In this document: positions 19,016 to 27,275 of the stretch, piece after piece
Position numbering within the stretch: the stretch's first letter is position 1
How the letters are laid out: every line of letters starts with the position of its first letter
Source: Phycisphaerae bacterium
GTDB lineage: Bacteria > Planctomycetota > Phycisphaerae > UBA1845
NCBI GenBank assembly: GCA_029260075.1
Contig: JAJDDY010000010.1
Location: forward strand, 22,968 to 86,967
Reading direction: 5' to 3'
DNA: 64,000 nt
Notes under the pieces: generated by a model
Databases searched by the model: none
Told to the model about the DNA's origin: nothing
What the model saw: only the letters and a program-made list of their open reading frames with translations
Made by a program: the position numbers and the translations under genes

Positions 19016-20149
19016 ATGATTTCTTCCCTGGTATACGCGGTATTGTGCGTGTCTGTACTACCTGGTCTCGGTGATAACGCCACCGAGTTAAAGGCGCGTG
19101 CTTGGTTTCAACCCGCGTCGATCCGTTTGCCCGACGAACGTACCTACGTTCTTCTCTTCTTCACGTCACTTCAGCCACGCGAGGTGGCGCCGCTGATCGC
19201 CAAGCTCAACAAGTTGCACCGGCGAAAAGACGTCGTTGTTGTCGGGCTTAGCCCCGAGTCCGAGGCCCGCGTCAAGAAGTTCATTGACCAAGAGAAAATC
19301 CGATTCACCGTCGGCGCCGGTTCTCCGACCTATAGAGATTTCAAAATCAAACGGTTTCCGCAGGTCCTAGTTGTCGAGCCATCGCGCGGTGAAAAACGTG
19401 GCGAGCGTGTCTTCCTTGATATGGAGTCGTTGGATCGTCGCTTTCGGACGGCGCCCGAGGAGCAAACGATGGAGTCCGGCGGGTTTGAATCCGATTCGCC
19501 CGTAGAACTTCTCAGACGACATGCTCTTGGGGACGAGAACGATCGCGAGCGTGCACGCGCGGTGGGGTTGCTGCGAAAAAGACTGGATGCCACCGAGTTC
19601 ATGCAACTGTGCGATGAGATTCTCGAAAGAGAATACGCTCCGTCGCTTCGAGGGGCCGTCGCCTACCAAAAACACCTTGCAGACCCGAGCATTGAGCAGA
19701 AGGAGGAGCTGTTCGCACCAAGTGTACTCGGTCGCAAAGACCTACGTGCGAACCCCGAGGATCCCAAGTGGGATCCGGTGTATCGATACTACGAGGGCGT
19801 TGCGGATCGTTCGGCCGACGACCTCTTCGATGATTACCTCGCCCGTCTCACTGATGACGCCGTCGACGTCCAAATCCGAAACTCGATTCCACGTTACCTC
19901 GAGCGCCTCGGCGAAAGCGACGCAGCGGCGAGGCCAATCGCGCGCCGGCATCTCATGGAGATGCTCACCAGCGAACCGGATGCCGCGATTCGTCAGCGAA
20001 TCGTGGGAGCCCTCGGCATTCTCTGCAGCCCGGGGGACTTTGAAGCTGCAGACTTTCTAGAGAAACGCCTTCAGACCGAGACGAACGTACGCTTGGTACG
20101 GCCGATGATGGAGTACCACATTCGCCGCTTGCGTACTGGCGAGGAGTAG
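19016..20149 (+). CDS. Secreted thioredoxin-fold (TlpA/redoxin-like) protein lacking the CXXC motif, with a HEAT-like helical C-terminal region
   Basis: ATG at 19016 after GAGGAG. Signal MISSLVYAVLCVSVLPGLG. YVLLFFTSLQPREV sits where redoxins carry WCxxC. Also VVVVGLSPESEARVKKFIDQEKIRFTVG and RFPQVLVVEP. C-terminal helical repeats (AIRQRIVGALGIL...). Confidence 0.65.
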   Translation: MISSLVYAVLCVSVLPGLGDNATELKARAWFQPASIRLPDERTYVLLFFTSLQPREVAPLIAKLNKLHRRKDVVVVGLSPESEARVKKFIDQEKIRFTVGAGSPTYRDFKIKRFPQVLVVEPSRGEKRGERVFLDMESLDRRFRTAPEEQTMESGGFESDSPVELLRRHALGDENDRERARAVGLLRKRLDATEFMQLCDEILEREYAPSLRGAVAYQKHLADPSIEQKEELFAPSVLGRKDLRANPEDPKWDPVYRYYEGVADRSADDLFDDYLARLTDDAVDVQIRNSIPRYLERLGESDAAARPIARRHLMEMLTSEPDAAIRQRIVGALGILCSPGDFEAADFLEKRLQTETNVRLVRPMMEYHIRRLRTGEE

Positions 20150-20171
20150 CAAGAGGCGGGGGATTGTCGTC

Positions 20172-21977
20172 TCAGGGGGATTCCTGGGATTTGTGTAGCG
20201 CCCGCAGAAGATCGCGCTGTTCCACCAGGCCAACGATGCGCTTGCCGCCGGCTTCCTCAACGACTGGAAAGACCGCGACGTCCTGCTGGCTGAATAGGCC
20301 CATCAGGTCCTTGAGCGTCATGTCTATCGTGACGGTCGTGGAGTCGGCATCGGCGAGGTCGACCGCGGTGACGAGATTGGTCAGGGTGGGGTCGTAGATC
20401 ACGTCGTGAACGTCGCTGAAATGGATCACACCGGCGAAGGTGCCGTCGTCGGTCACGACGGGAAAGTGGCTATGGGTGGACCGCTCTATTGCGTGGAGCA
20501 CGTCGGTGAACGTGGCTGACGCCGGGATGGTTTGTACGTTGGTGCGCATGATGTGGTCGACGCGCATTTCCTCGGGCACACCGGTGTCAGGATCGGCATG
20601 CATCCCGAACAGGCGACCGAGGTTGCGCAGGGCCGAGCGTATGCCCGAGCCGTTCTCGCCGGGCGATTCCGGTCGGCGCAGTAGCGTAACCGCCTTGACC
20701 TCTCCAGCCTGTACGACGCAACGCTTGACGCAGAGCGGTCCGACGACCTCGAACAGAACGACGCTGCCCAGGACGATCGTGGAAAACATGGACGCGGACT
20801 CGGAAACCCAGAATCGATCGACGAAGGACGCCAGACCAATCACGACGGCCGCTTGACACATCAACGCCGGCCCGAGACGCCCCTCAGCACGCAGCGGCGC
20901 CTTGGCCCAACGTATGCCAAGCTTGCATCCGCCCCATTTACCGAAGGCACGCGCGAGCACATACGCCGCACCAAGCCAACCCATATGGGCCAAGTCTTCG
21001 AGATGCAGATCGTACCCGGCCATCACGAAGAAACCGGCGAACACGGGCGCAGCCACCGTACGCAGCATCGTCGTGAGCTTCTGCGCGTCCACAGTAATGT
21101 TGGCGAACACGGCGCCAACGACCAGCGCGGTGAGCAGCCGGTTGTACGACACACCGCGATGCTGCCACAACCACTCCTCCCCGGCACCAAGAATGATGAA
21201 CATCGCGAAGAAAAACAGAAGCGCCTCGCCCAGTGGCAACTTGGTATACGTAATGCTGATCATCGTCGCCACGACAACGCCGATGGCTACACTTCCTATC
21301 GTAGACGCGACCAAGGCTAGGACGAGATGATCCGCGATCAAGCCCCGTGTTTCGATGGTGCCGGTCGACGCGAGCAGCAGGAACACGACCTGAAACAGAA
21401 CAATACAGACGATGTTGTTGATCGCCGTGACGCCAAGAATCGTTCGCGTAACTGGACCCTTGGATTCGTATTCCTGCAAGACAAACAACGTCGCCGCCGG
21501 CGCTGTGGCCACAGCCGCCGTGGCCAACAGCAAGGCAAGTACGAGACCTTGGCCCGTATCGCCGGAGGTGCCCATCAATTTCGTCACGACGAGAACGGCC
21601 AGAAGCACGCCGCCCAGAACGAGCGTGATTTCCGATAGACTGATCTTCAACGCCGTGCGCCCGATGGCACGAAGACTGGATCGCTCAAACACACCGCCGA
21701 TTGTGAAGAGAATCAGACCTAGGGCGAGGTCTTTGATGGCCGCAAGGGGTTTCGCGACGTTCTCCAGCACGTCCGCGATGGCACGGTCGTCGTTCGCCCC
21801 TACGAGTTCGCCAAGAAGGGCACGCAACGCCACGCCACCGGCCAGAAATCCGACCACGCGAGGAATTCGCAAGAATCGAGCGGAATAGCCGCCAACGATG
21901 GCAGCTACGAGCATCATTCCGAACAGCAGCCCCGGTCCCGGAACGACGCCGACGAGACATAGTGGCGAATCAGTCAA
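20172..21977 (-). CDS. Cation:proton antiporter (CPA2/Kef-type) with a C-terminal CBS domain pair
   Basis: About 12 hydrophobic segments. LRIPRVVGFLAGGVALR near the N-terminus. C-terminal MRTNVQTIPASATFTDVLHAIERSTHSHFPVVTDDGTFAGVIHFSDV and a second CBS-like unit. The start is uncertain (TTG 21977 or ATG 21917). Confidence 0.85.
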   Translation of the reverse strand: MTDSPLCLVGVVPGPGLLFGMMLVAAIVGGYSARFLRIPRVVGFLAGGVALRALLGELVGANDDRAIADVLENVAKPLAAIKDLALGLILFTIGGVFERSSLRAIGRTALKISLSEITLVLGGVLLAVLVVTKLMGTSGDTGQGLVLALLLATAAVATAPAATLFVLQEYESKGPVTRTILGVTAINNIVCIVLFQVVFLLLASTGTIETRGLIADHLVLALVASTIGSVAIGVVVATMISITYTKLPLGEALLFFFAMFIILGAGEEWLWQHRGVSYNRLLTALVVGAVFANITVDAQKLTTMLRTVAAPVFAGFFVMAGYDLHLEDLAHMGWLGAAYVLARAFGKWGGCKLGIRWAKAPLRAEGRLGPALMCQAAVVIGLASFVDRFWVSESASMFSTIVLGSVVLFEVVGPLCVKRCVVQAGEVKAVTLLRRPESPGENGSGIRSALRNLGRLFGMHADPDTGVPEEMRVDHIMRTNVQTIPASATFTDVLHAIERSTHSHFPVVTDDGTFAGVIHFSDVHDVIYDPTLTNLVTAVDLADADSTTVTIDMTLKDLMGLFSQQDVAVFPVVEEAGGKRIVGLVEQRDLLRALHKSQESP

Positions 21978-22345
21978 CGCGACACCTTGTAGAGCACCGG
22001 CTAGCGCGTACCGCAGCCAGCTGCAAACTTTCTTCGTTCACACGAAACGCCATCGCGCGAAATCCCCGACGCATCGTTGGCTACTCTGCCGACGGGCATT
22101 GCACGGGGAACCGTGAAAAAGTGCAAGAGCGCCACCGGTATTGCCAGATGTCCAGAAGCCGGCGAGGGCTCCTACGCGTAGACGCGCACGGAACGGGCTC
22201 GCGATCAATCCGTGTGCTGGGCCGTCCCTATGGCCCGCACGGTCAGCATCGCCCTTGGCACCCTGTTGAGCGAGGCTCGTATTCAATCACGTCGCCGCGA
22301 ACTCGCCCGCGACGACGGAACTTGTCCTCGTCAAGAAGCGGAAAT

Positions 22346-22380
22346 CGCTAATGGATCACCGGCTGGAAGCCGGCGCCACA
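22346..22380 (+). repeat. Hairpin repeat family A, copy 2
   Basis: Sequence cgctaatggatcaccggctggaagccggcgccaca, preceded by gtcaagaagcggaaat as in copy 7. Confidence 0.85.
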
Positions 22381-22502
22381 GTTTCTTAACGGCTGGCAAG
22401 TGTAACGTCAGTCTGGATTCGGCGAGTCGAGGTCCAGTCCGCCACCTCACGGCCGCGGCTCGGTTTGGCGCAGACGTAGAAAGAGGCCTCTCGGGCACGT
22501 TT

Positions 22503-23960
22503 CTAAAGCCGTCGTGGCTGACTGTTCGGAAGCGGCGCGAGGGCGAGATGCTCGTCGCGTCCGGCGATGGACGCGGGTAGCAGTTCGCAACAAGCTTCGT
22601 GGACCATGTCGACCGTTATGCTGGTCATGCATTGAACGTGACCGAGTGGGCAGGTGCGTTGTTGACAGGGACCGCAGTCGATGTCGACGCGGACGATTCG
22701 CTCATGCGTGTAGCTCGTTGCGGTCCACTGCGGGTGCGTTGGACCGAAGATGGTGACGACCGGCACGTTGAATGCTTTAGCGAAGTGTCGCGGGCCGGCG
22801 TCGTTGCACACGAGTAATTCGCACCGACGCACGAGCGATTTGAGCTGTCCCAACGTCAGCAGTGGATCGATGCACAGGCGTACATCGCGCTTGACGTTGT
22901 CACCGATCGCGCGGACGATGGACTCCTCGCCCGGACCACACGTGACGATGACGATGGCGCCGTGTTGCTCGACCAATCGATCGCTCAACGCCGCGAAACG
23001 CTCCGGCGCCCAGCACTTGGCTGCCCCATACTTGGCACCCGGACTCATGACGACAAGCGGCCTGCGATCCGGCGGACTCGCTCCACCCGGCCAGTCGTCC
23101 GTCAACCCGTCTTCCGTCGCCCGACTATCGCTAGGCGCGTCGGCAATCCGCTCGACTTTCGCTGCGTCGAAACGCTTGCCCACGGATGCGTCTTCTTCCG
23201 CCGTAGTAAACAGTTCCATTCGATCGCCCGGTCGAGGGCATCCGATGGCCACGGCGAGGTCGGCGTAGTAATCCACCATGGGCAACGGAGCGAACGGACC
23301 CCGTGAGCCGGGTATCGAACTACCCACGCGAACCGGCCGGTGTGGTGCGAACAACCCGCCGCTTGTTGGCGTGGGTACCGGGGACGGAGGGACGGAGGAA
23401 GTAAGGGGCTCAGAGAGCGAGGGACTCAGGGACTTAGGGACGGAGGAAGTCAGGGGCTCAGGGACGGAGGGACCAAGGGACGAAGGAGTTGATGGCGTGT
23501 CAAACCGATCCTTGACACCGTTCGATTGATCACCACGGGTTCGTCGGTGGCGACACGGGACGCGATCGGTCATTAGCCAACCGCGACCGTCACGGGCATA
23601 GCCGATACGCCGCTTCACTCCGGCGAGGCGAACAAGCAGCGCCGATCGGAACGAGTTCGGTAGCAGCACGGCCCAATCGAATCGGCGGCGACGCAAGTCC
23701 CAAACGAGATCGCGATAGGTCTTGTGCAGCATGGATCGCTCGCGCTTGACCGGCCATTCGATGCACTCGTCCATCCAATCTCCGCCGCGAATCAAATCAC
23801 GCAGGTTCGGCTCGGCGACAAAGGTGATGTGCGCGCTCGCAAACCGCGTGCGAATGGCCCGCAGCGTGGGCGTCGCCATAACGAAGTCCCCCACCCACGT
23901 CGGAAGAACCACGAGAATCGACCGAGGGTCGGGCTCGGAATTGTCATTAAGACGAATCAC
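22503..23960 (-). CDS. Glycosyltransferase family 9 (LPS heptosyltransferase-like) carrying an in-frame P/S/L/V-rich insertion
   Basis: Motifs ILVVLPTWVGDFVMATPTLRAIRTRF, LLPNSFRSALLVRLAGVKRRIGY, GAKYGAAKCWAPERFAALSDRL and NDAGPRHFAKAFNVPVVTIFGPTHP. Insertion sequence PSTPSSLGPSVPEPLTSSVPKSLSPSLSEPLTSSVPPSPVPTP. Confidence 0.8.
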   Translation of the reverse strand: MIRLNDNSEPDPRSILVVLPTWVGDFVMATPTLRAIRTRFASAHITFVAEPNLRDLIRGGDWMDECIEWPVKRERSMLHKTYRDLVWDLRRRRFDWAVLLPNSFRSALLVRLAGVKRRIGYARDGRGWLMTDRVPCRHRRTRGDQSNGVKDRFDTPSTPSSLGPSVPEPLTSSVPKSLSPSLSEPLTSSVPPSPVPTPTSGGLFAPHRPVRVGSSIPGSRGPFAPLPMVDYYADLAVAIGCPRPGDRMELFTTAEEDASVGKRFDAAKVERIADAPSDSRATEDGLTDDWPGGASPPDRRPLVVMSPGAKYGAAKCWAPERFAALSDRLVEQHGAIVIVTCGPGEESIVRAIGDNVKRDVRLCIDPLLTLGQLKSLVRRCELLVCNDAGPRHFAKAFNVPVVTIFGPTHPQWTATSYTHERIVRVDIDCGPCQQRTCPLGHVQCMTSITVDMVHEACCELLPASIAGRDEHLALAPLPNSQPRRL

Positions 23961-24074
23961 AGAGGCATTCTAGCGGGGTGGGGAGTGATGTCGAACGGAA
24001 GGGGAAGGGACTGAGGGACGAAGGAGGAGATGATCAGCGGACCGAGGAGGCGCTTTGCGGCAGGGCGGCTGGAC

Positions 24075-24089
24075 CGTGAATCCCTTCTC
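24075..24089 (-). repeat. Family C core motif, isolated copy
   Basis: cgtgaatcccttctc is the reverse complement of gagaagggattcacg. Confidence 0.5.
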
Positions 24090-24167
24090 GGTCCTTCTTC
24101 GTGCGAGGAATAACGGTTACGGGAAATCCCCACCTTCAGGCCCGGCCATCCGACGGCACCACGAGGC

Positions 24168-24704
24168 CTACCAAAGGCCTAGAATTCTCCAAACCTCGAA
24201 CGCCAGATTCGGAAGCCTGATGCTCGAACCCAGGGTTAGCTCGGTGAGCGAAAAGGCCAGAAAAGCAACGACCTGCGCGGCGACGGCGAGTGGGAGGCAG
24301 TGACGCATCCCAAGATAGTGTCGATAGCCCTGACGGGTACACCAAACGGAGTACGCAAGGATGAACACGGCCACAAATCCAACATGCCGGTTATTCGGCA
24401 AACGAAGACCAACAAACCGTCCGACGGAGAGGATTTCAGCCCATTCGTATAAGACAACGAGGGCCGGCGCGATCACTATAACGGGCGAAACGGAGTAGAC
24501 CCAAACGCGGATGACATGCCCCGTCCTCACTTTGTAGCGCTTCATGGATTGTCGAAAGAGTAACAACGCGGCCAAAGTTAGTAGGAACCAGCGCCCGAGG
24601 GATATTGCGATTACTAGCCGTTCCGTCGACAAACCATTCTTGACGGAGTCGAACGATTCCTGGAAAGAATAGCCCGCGAACTCGAGTAGCTCCGCTCGTG
24701 TCAA
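24168..24704 (-). CDS. Polytopic membrane protein ORF (possibly the C-terminal part of the upstream ORF)
   Basis: 178 aa with several hydrophobic segments. Only a TTG start is available. It is in the same frame as ORF 24723-25253, separated from it by one TAG and 6 codons. Confidence 0.5.
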   Translation of the reverse strand: MTRAELLEFAGYSFQESFDSVKNGLSTERLVIAISLGRWFLLTLAALLLFRQSMKRYKVRTGHVIRVWVYSVSPVIVIAPALVVLYEWAEILSVGRFVGLRLPNNRHVGFVAVFILAYSVWCTRQGYRHYLGMRHCLPLAVAAQVVAFLAFSLTELTLGSSIRLPNLAFEVWRILGLW

Positions 24705-24722
24705 CCCGCCGCCGATTGCGAA

Positions 24723-25253
24723 CTACAGTATTACTATGCACTGATTCATCACCTCCGCTGCGATTAGCATGAGCAGAAATCCGCACAAAGCCAGAACCGG
24801 AACCATCAGCAGTGGGCCTACGCGCGGTGGGTCGTGGATGTCCATGGATCGCCAGAACTTTCCGGGACGCAGGGCGTGGAACCATGTACTTATGAGAGAA
24901 CGGAATGGGCGATCGCGCCAGCGATATTCGAAGAAGGGAAGACGCCGCTCGTGGTAGGTCGTCAGCACCGCGTCCCACGTGAATCCTTCGCCGCATTCGG
25001 GGCAACGCGTGTCCTGCAATCCGTAGAGGTGGTAGTCGCAACTCGGGCAGGTGAGTTGTTCGATCGGTACCGCTTTGGACCAGTCGAATGCAAGACCGCA
25101 GGCAGGACACGTCGACTCCGTCAGGCCACGAAGGTCGTGACCGCAACGACCGCAGCCGACGTCGAACGGTACGTGCGCCCAGTTCGGGGCCGGTGAGGCG
25201 GCGGGTGAATCGACCTTGGTTGCAGACGCCGTCGTTGTGGTTGGCTTGGTCAC
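24723..25253 (-). CDS. Double zinc-ribbon protein with one TM segment (possibly the N-terminal part of a split gene)
   Basis: Zinc ribbons CGRCGHDLRGLTESTCPACG and CPSCDYHLYGLQDTRCPECG. Terminal hydrophobic segment LLMVPVLALCGFLLMLIAAEV. Confidence 0.6.
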   Translation of the reverse strand: MTKPTTTTASATKVDSPAASPAPNWAHVPFDVGCGRCGHDLRGLTESTCPACGLAFDWSKAVPIEQLTCPSCDYHLYGLQDTRCPECGEGFTWDAVLTTYHERRLPFFEYRWRDRPFRSLISTWFHALRPGKFWRSMDIHDPPRVGPLLMVPVLALCGFLLMLIAAEVMNQCIVIL

Positions 25254-25452
25254 TCCCTCATTGTCGCGCTTTTGCCGTGCTATTCAACCGGCGCGTTCCC
25301 AGCACCCTGTCGGAGCTGTGGGCGCAAGCCCACAGACATGATACGAACGAGCACAGCGCTTCTTCGATACCAGACCCGTCACAGGGCTCGCGCCCTGTGC
25401 TCTGATAAATGACCGCCGATTCTGTCGTCCCCCCCCTGTCGGAATCCTGTTG

Positions 25453-25516
25453 GACCGACTTTCTAGTCGGTCGAACGGCCCCACTACACACAAGTCGACC
25501 GACTGGAAAGTCGGTC
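25453..25516 (+). repeat. Twin perfect 8-bp-stem hairpins (GACCGACT-N4-AGTCGGTC)
   Basis: gaccgactttctagtcggtc at 25453-25472 and gaccgactggaaagtcggtc at 25497-25516. Confidence 0.8.
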
Positions 25517-25585
25517 CGACAATGGCTTCCCGTTGCTCAAGAATCTCCTAGCGCGTACCTGAGAGCGTGCATAAGAAGCCGATTT

Positions 25586-25655
25586 CCGAGCCGCGACCGT
25601 AAGGAAGCGATCCGGCTTCGTGTGCCAAAACCGCTCCCTTACGGTCGCGGCTCGG
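25586..25655. repeat. Palindromic repeat family B, copy 1
   Basis: Left arm ccgagccgcgaccgtaaggaagcg, right arm cgctcccttacggtcgcggctcgg, with about 22 nt between them. Confidence 0.85.
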
Positions 25656-25999
25656 TTTGTCAAAACCCATTCTGTACACTCTCTAGACCCCAACGCTTGG
25701 AGCGAACGCAAATTGCCGGGAATCCGCGCGGGAACGAATCCGAACCCACGAGACCGATACTCTCAGCCTGCGGCGCACGCCATGCAGTCGTTCTCCAGAA
25801 TTCCGAGAAGTTATCCACAATCACCTGTGAAATACGGTGCATAAACCCTGTGATACGGGCGGTTTTCACGTCTTCCGGTGGCATCGGAAGTGGGTTTCCG
25901 TGCATGAGGCTTGATTCGCGGCGTGGCTACTCATTCGTCCTGACGTCGGCTAGGATGTTTCAAATCCGAGCAACGCGGTTCGATTCACAGGGAGCAACC

Positions 26000-27097
26000 A
26001 TGACCAACCACACTGGCCCGATCATTCGTTCCTACGACCCGAAGCAGACGTTGGCCCGCGCATCGACGATTCCTGCGGCGTGGTATGTCGATCAGGGTGT
26101 GTTCGATCGCGAGAAGACCGCGGTGTTCGGTCGGAGTTGGCTTGCCGTCGGTCGGTGCGATCAAGTGTGCAAGACCGGTGATTACTTCACATCGAACGTC
26201 GCCGGCGAGCCGATCGTTGTCATTCGCGGTTCCGACGGGACACTGCGGGCGTTCTTCAACGTCTGCCGACACCATGCGGCTGAGGTGGCGACGGAATCAT
26301 CCGGATGCGCGTCTACGCTTCGATGCCCGTATCACGGCTGGACGTATGATCTTGATGGATCGCTCAAGGCGACGCCCGACTTCGCCGGTGTTGAGGGGTT
26401 TGAGAAGAACGACCACGGGCTCGTACCCATTCGCGTGGACACGTGGTCTAACTTCGTGTGGGTGTGCTTCGACGCGGACGCACCGGGTCTGCCTGAGTTC
26501 CTCGGTGCGATTGTCGAGCGCGTCGCACCGCTCGAGTTGAGCACGCTTCGATTTCACGTGCGCACCGAGTACGAGATCGAATGCAACTGGAAGGTGTTCG
26601 TCGACAACTACCTCGACGGCGGTTACCACGTGCCGCACATCCACAAGGGTCTCGGTAGCGTGCTGAGTTACCAAAACTACACGATTGAAAACTGCGAGCG
26701 ATTCTGCGTACAGTCCACGCCGGTGCAATCCGGCGGCGGCGATGTCGAAACCGCCGCCGTGCGCGGTGGAGACATGGCGTACTACTACTGGTTGTATCCG
26801 AACTTCATGCTTAACTGGTATGAAGGTTACCTCGACACAAACTTGGCGTGGCCGATCGGCGTCAATCGCACGAAGGTCGTCTTCGATTTCTACTTCGCCG
26901 AAAACAACGACGCCACACAAGCCCACCTCCGCCAAAGCGTAGCCGTGGCCGAACGTGTGCAGCAGGAAGACATCGACATTTGCGAGTCGGTGCAGCGCGG
27001 GCTCGGGTCTCGTGCGTATAACACCGGCCGCTTGGCGGTTCGGCGCGAAGGCGGTGAACACCTGTTCCACCGGTTGCTGTATGCTGATTTGATCTGA
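26000..27097 (+). CDS. Rieske [2Fe-2S] non-heme-iron oxygenase, alpha-subunit type
   Basis: ATG at 26000 after GGGAG. Rieske motifs CRHHAAEV and CPYHGWTY. Mononuclear iron motif NYLDGGYHVPHIH. The 5' 590 nt of the ORF-track ORF is rejected because it spans repeats. Confidence 0.85.
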   Translation: MTNHTGPIIRSYDPKQTLARASTIPAAWYVDQGVFDREKTAVFGRSWLAVGRCDQVCKTGDYFTSNVAGEPIVVIRGSDGTLRAFFNVCRHHAAEVATESSGCASTLRCPYHGWTYDLDGSLKATPDFAGVEGFEKNDHGLVPIRVDTWSNFVWVCFDADAPGLPEFLGAIVERVAPLELSTLRFHVRTEYEIECNWKVFVDNYLDGGYHVPHIHKGLGSVLSYQNYTIENCERFCVQSTPVQSGGGDVETAAVRGGDMAYYYWLYPNFMLNWYEGYLDTNLAWPIGVNRTKVVFDFYFAENNDATQAHLRQSVAVAERVQQEDIDICESVQRGLGSRAYNTGRLAVRREGGEHLFHRLLYADLI

Positions 27098-27229
27098 TGC
27101 CGTTGCGGAAACAACGAGACGGAATCGAACAGACGCCGGATTCGACTCCCCCACCTCTGAGGGGTGGGCCACCCGGCCCGTTGCTGTATGCCGATTTGAT
27201 CTGATGCCGTTGCGGAAACACCGAGACGG
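27073..27229 (+). repeat. Direct duplication of the last 25 nt of the oxygenase gene plus 25 nt downstream (2 x 50 nt, 48/50 identical, 57-nt spacer)
   Basis: gttgctgtatgcYgatttgatctgatgccgttgcggaaacaMcgagacgg at 27073-27122 and at 27180-27229. Confidence 0.85.
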
Positions 27230-27231
27230 TA

Positions 27232-27266
27232 GCGAATGGAACACCGGCTGGAAGCCGGTGCCACAC
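27232..27266 (+). repeat. Hairpin repeat family A, copy 3
   Basis: Sequence gcgaatggaacaccggctggaagccggtgccacac. Confidence 0.85.
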
Positions 27267-27275
27267 TGCGGACTG

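Noticed and set aside
25409-25999. The 197-codon N-terminal extension of the Rieske oxygenase ORF in the ORF track.
   Set aside because: The extension runs through the twin hairpins and the family B palindrome and has no protein-like character. A good RBS and ATG at 26000 give a normal-length oxygenase.
27123-27179. A tRNA-like 3' fragment (ggattcgactccc) that might mark an integration site.
   Set aside because: The flanking bases cannot form a T-stem or an acceptor stem. The resemblance is limited to a TTCGA-like pentamer.
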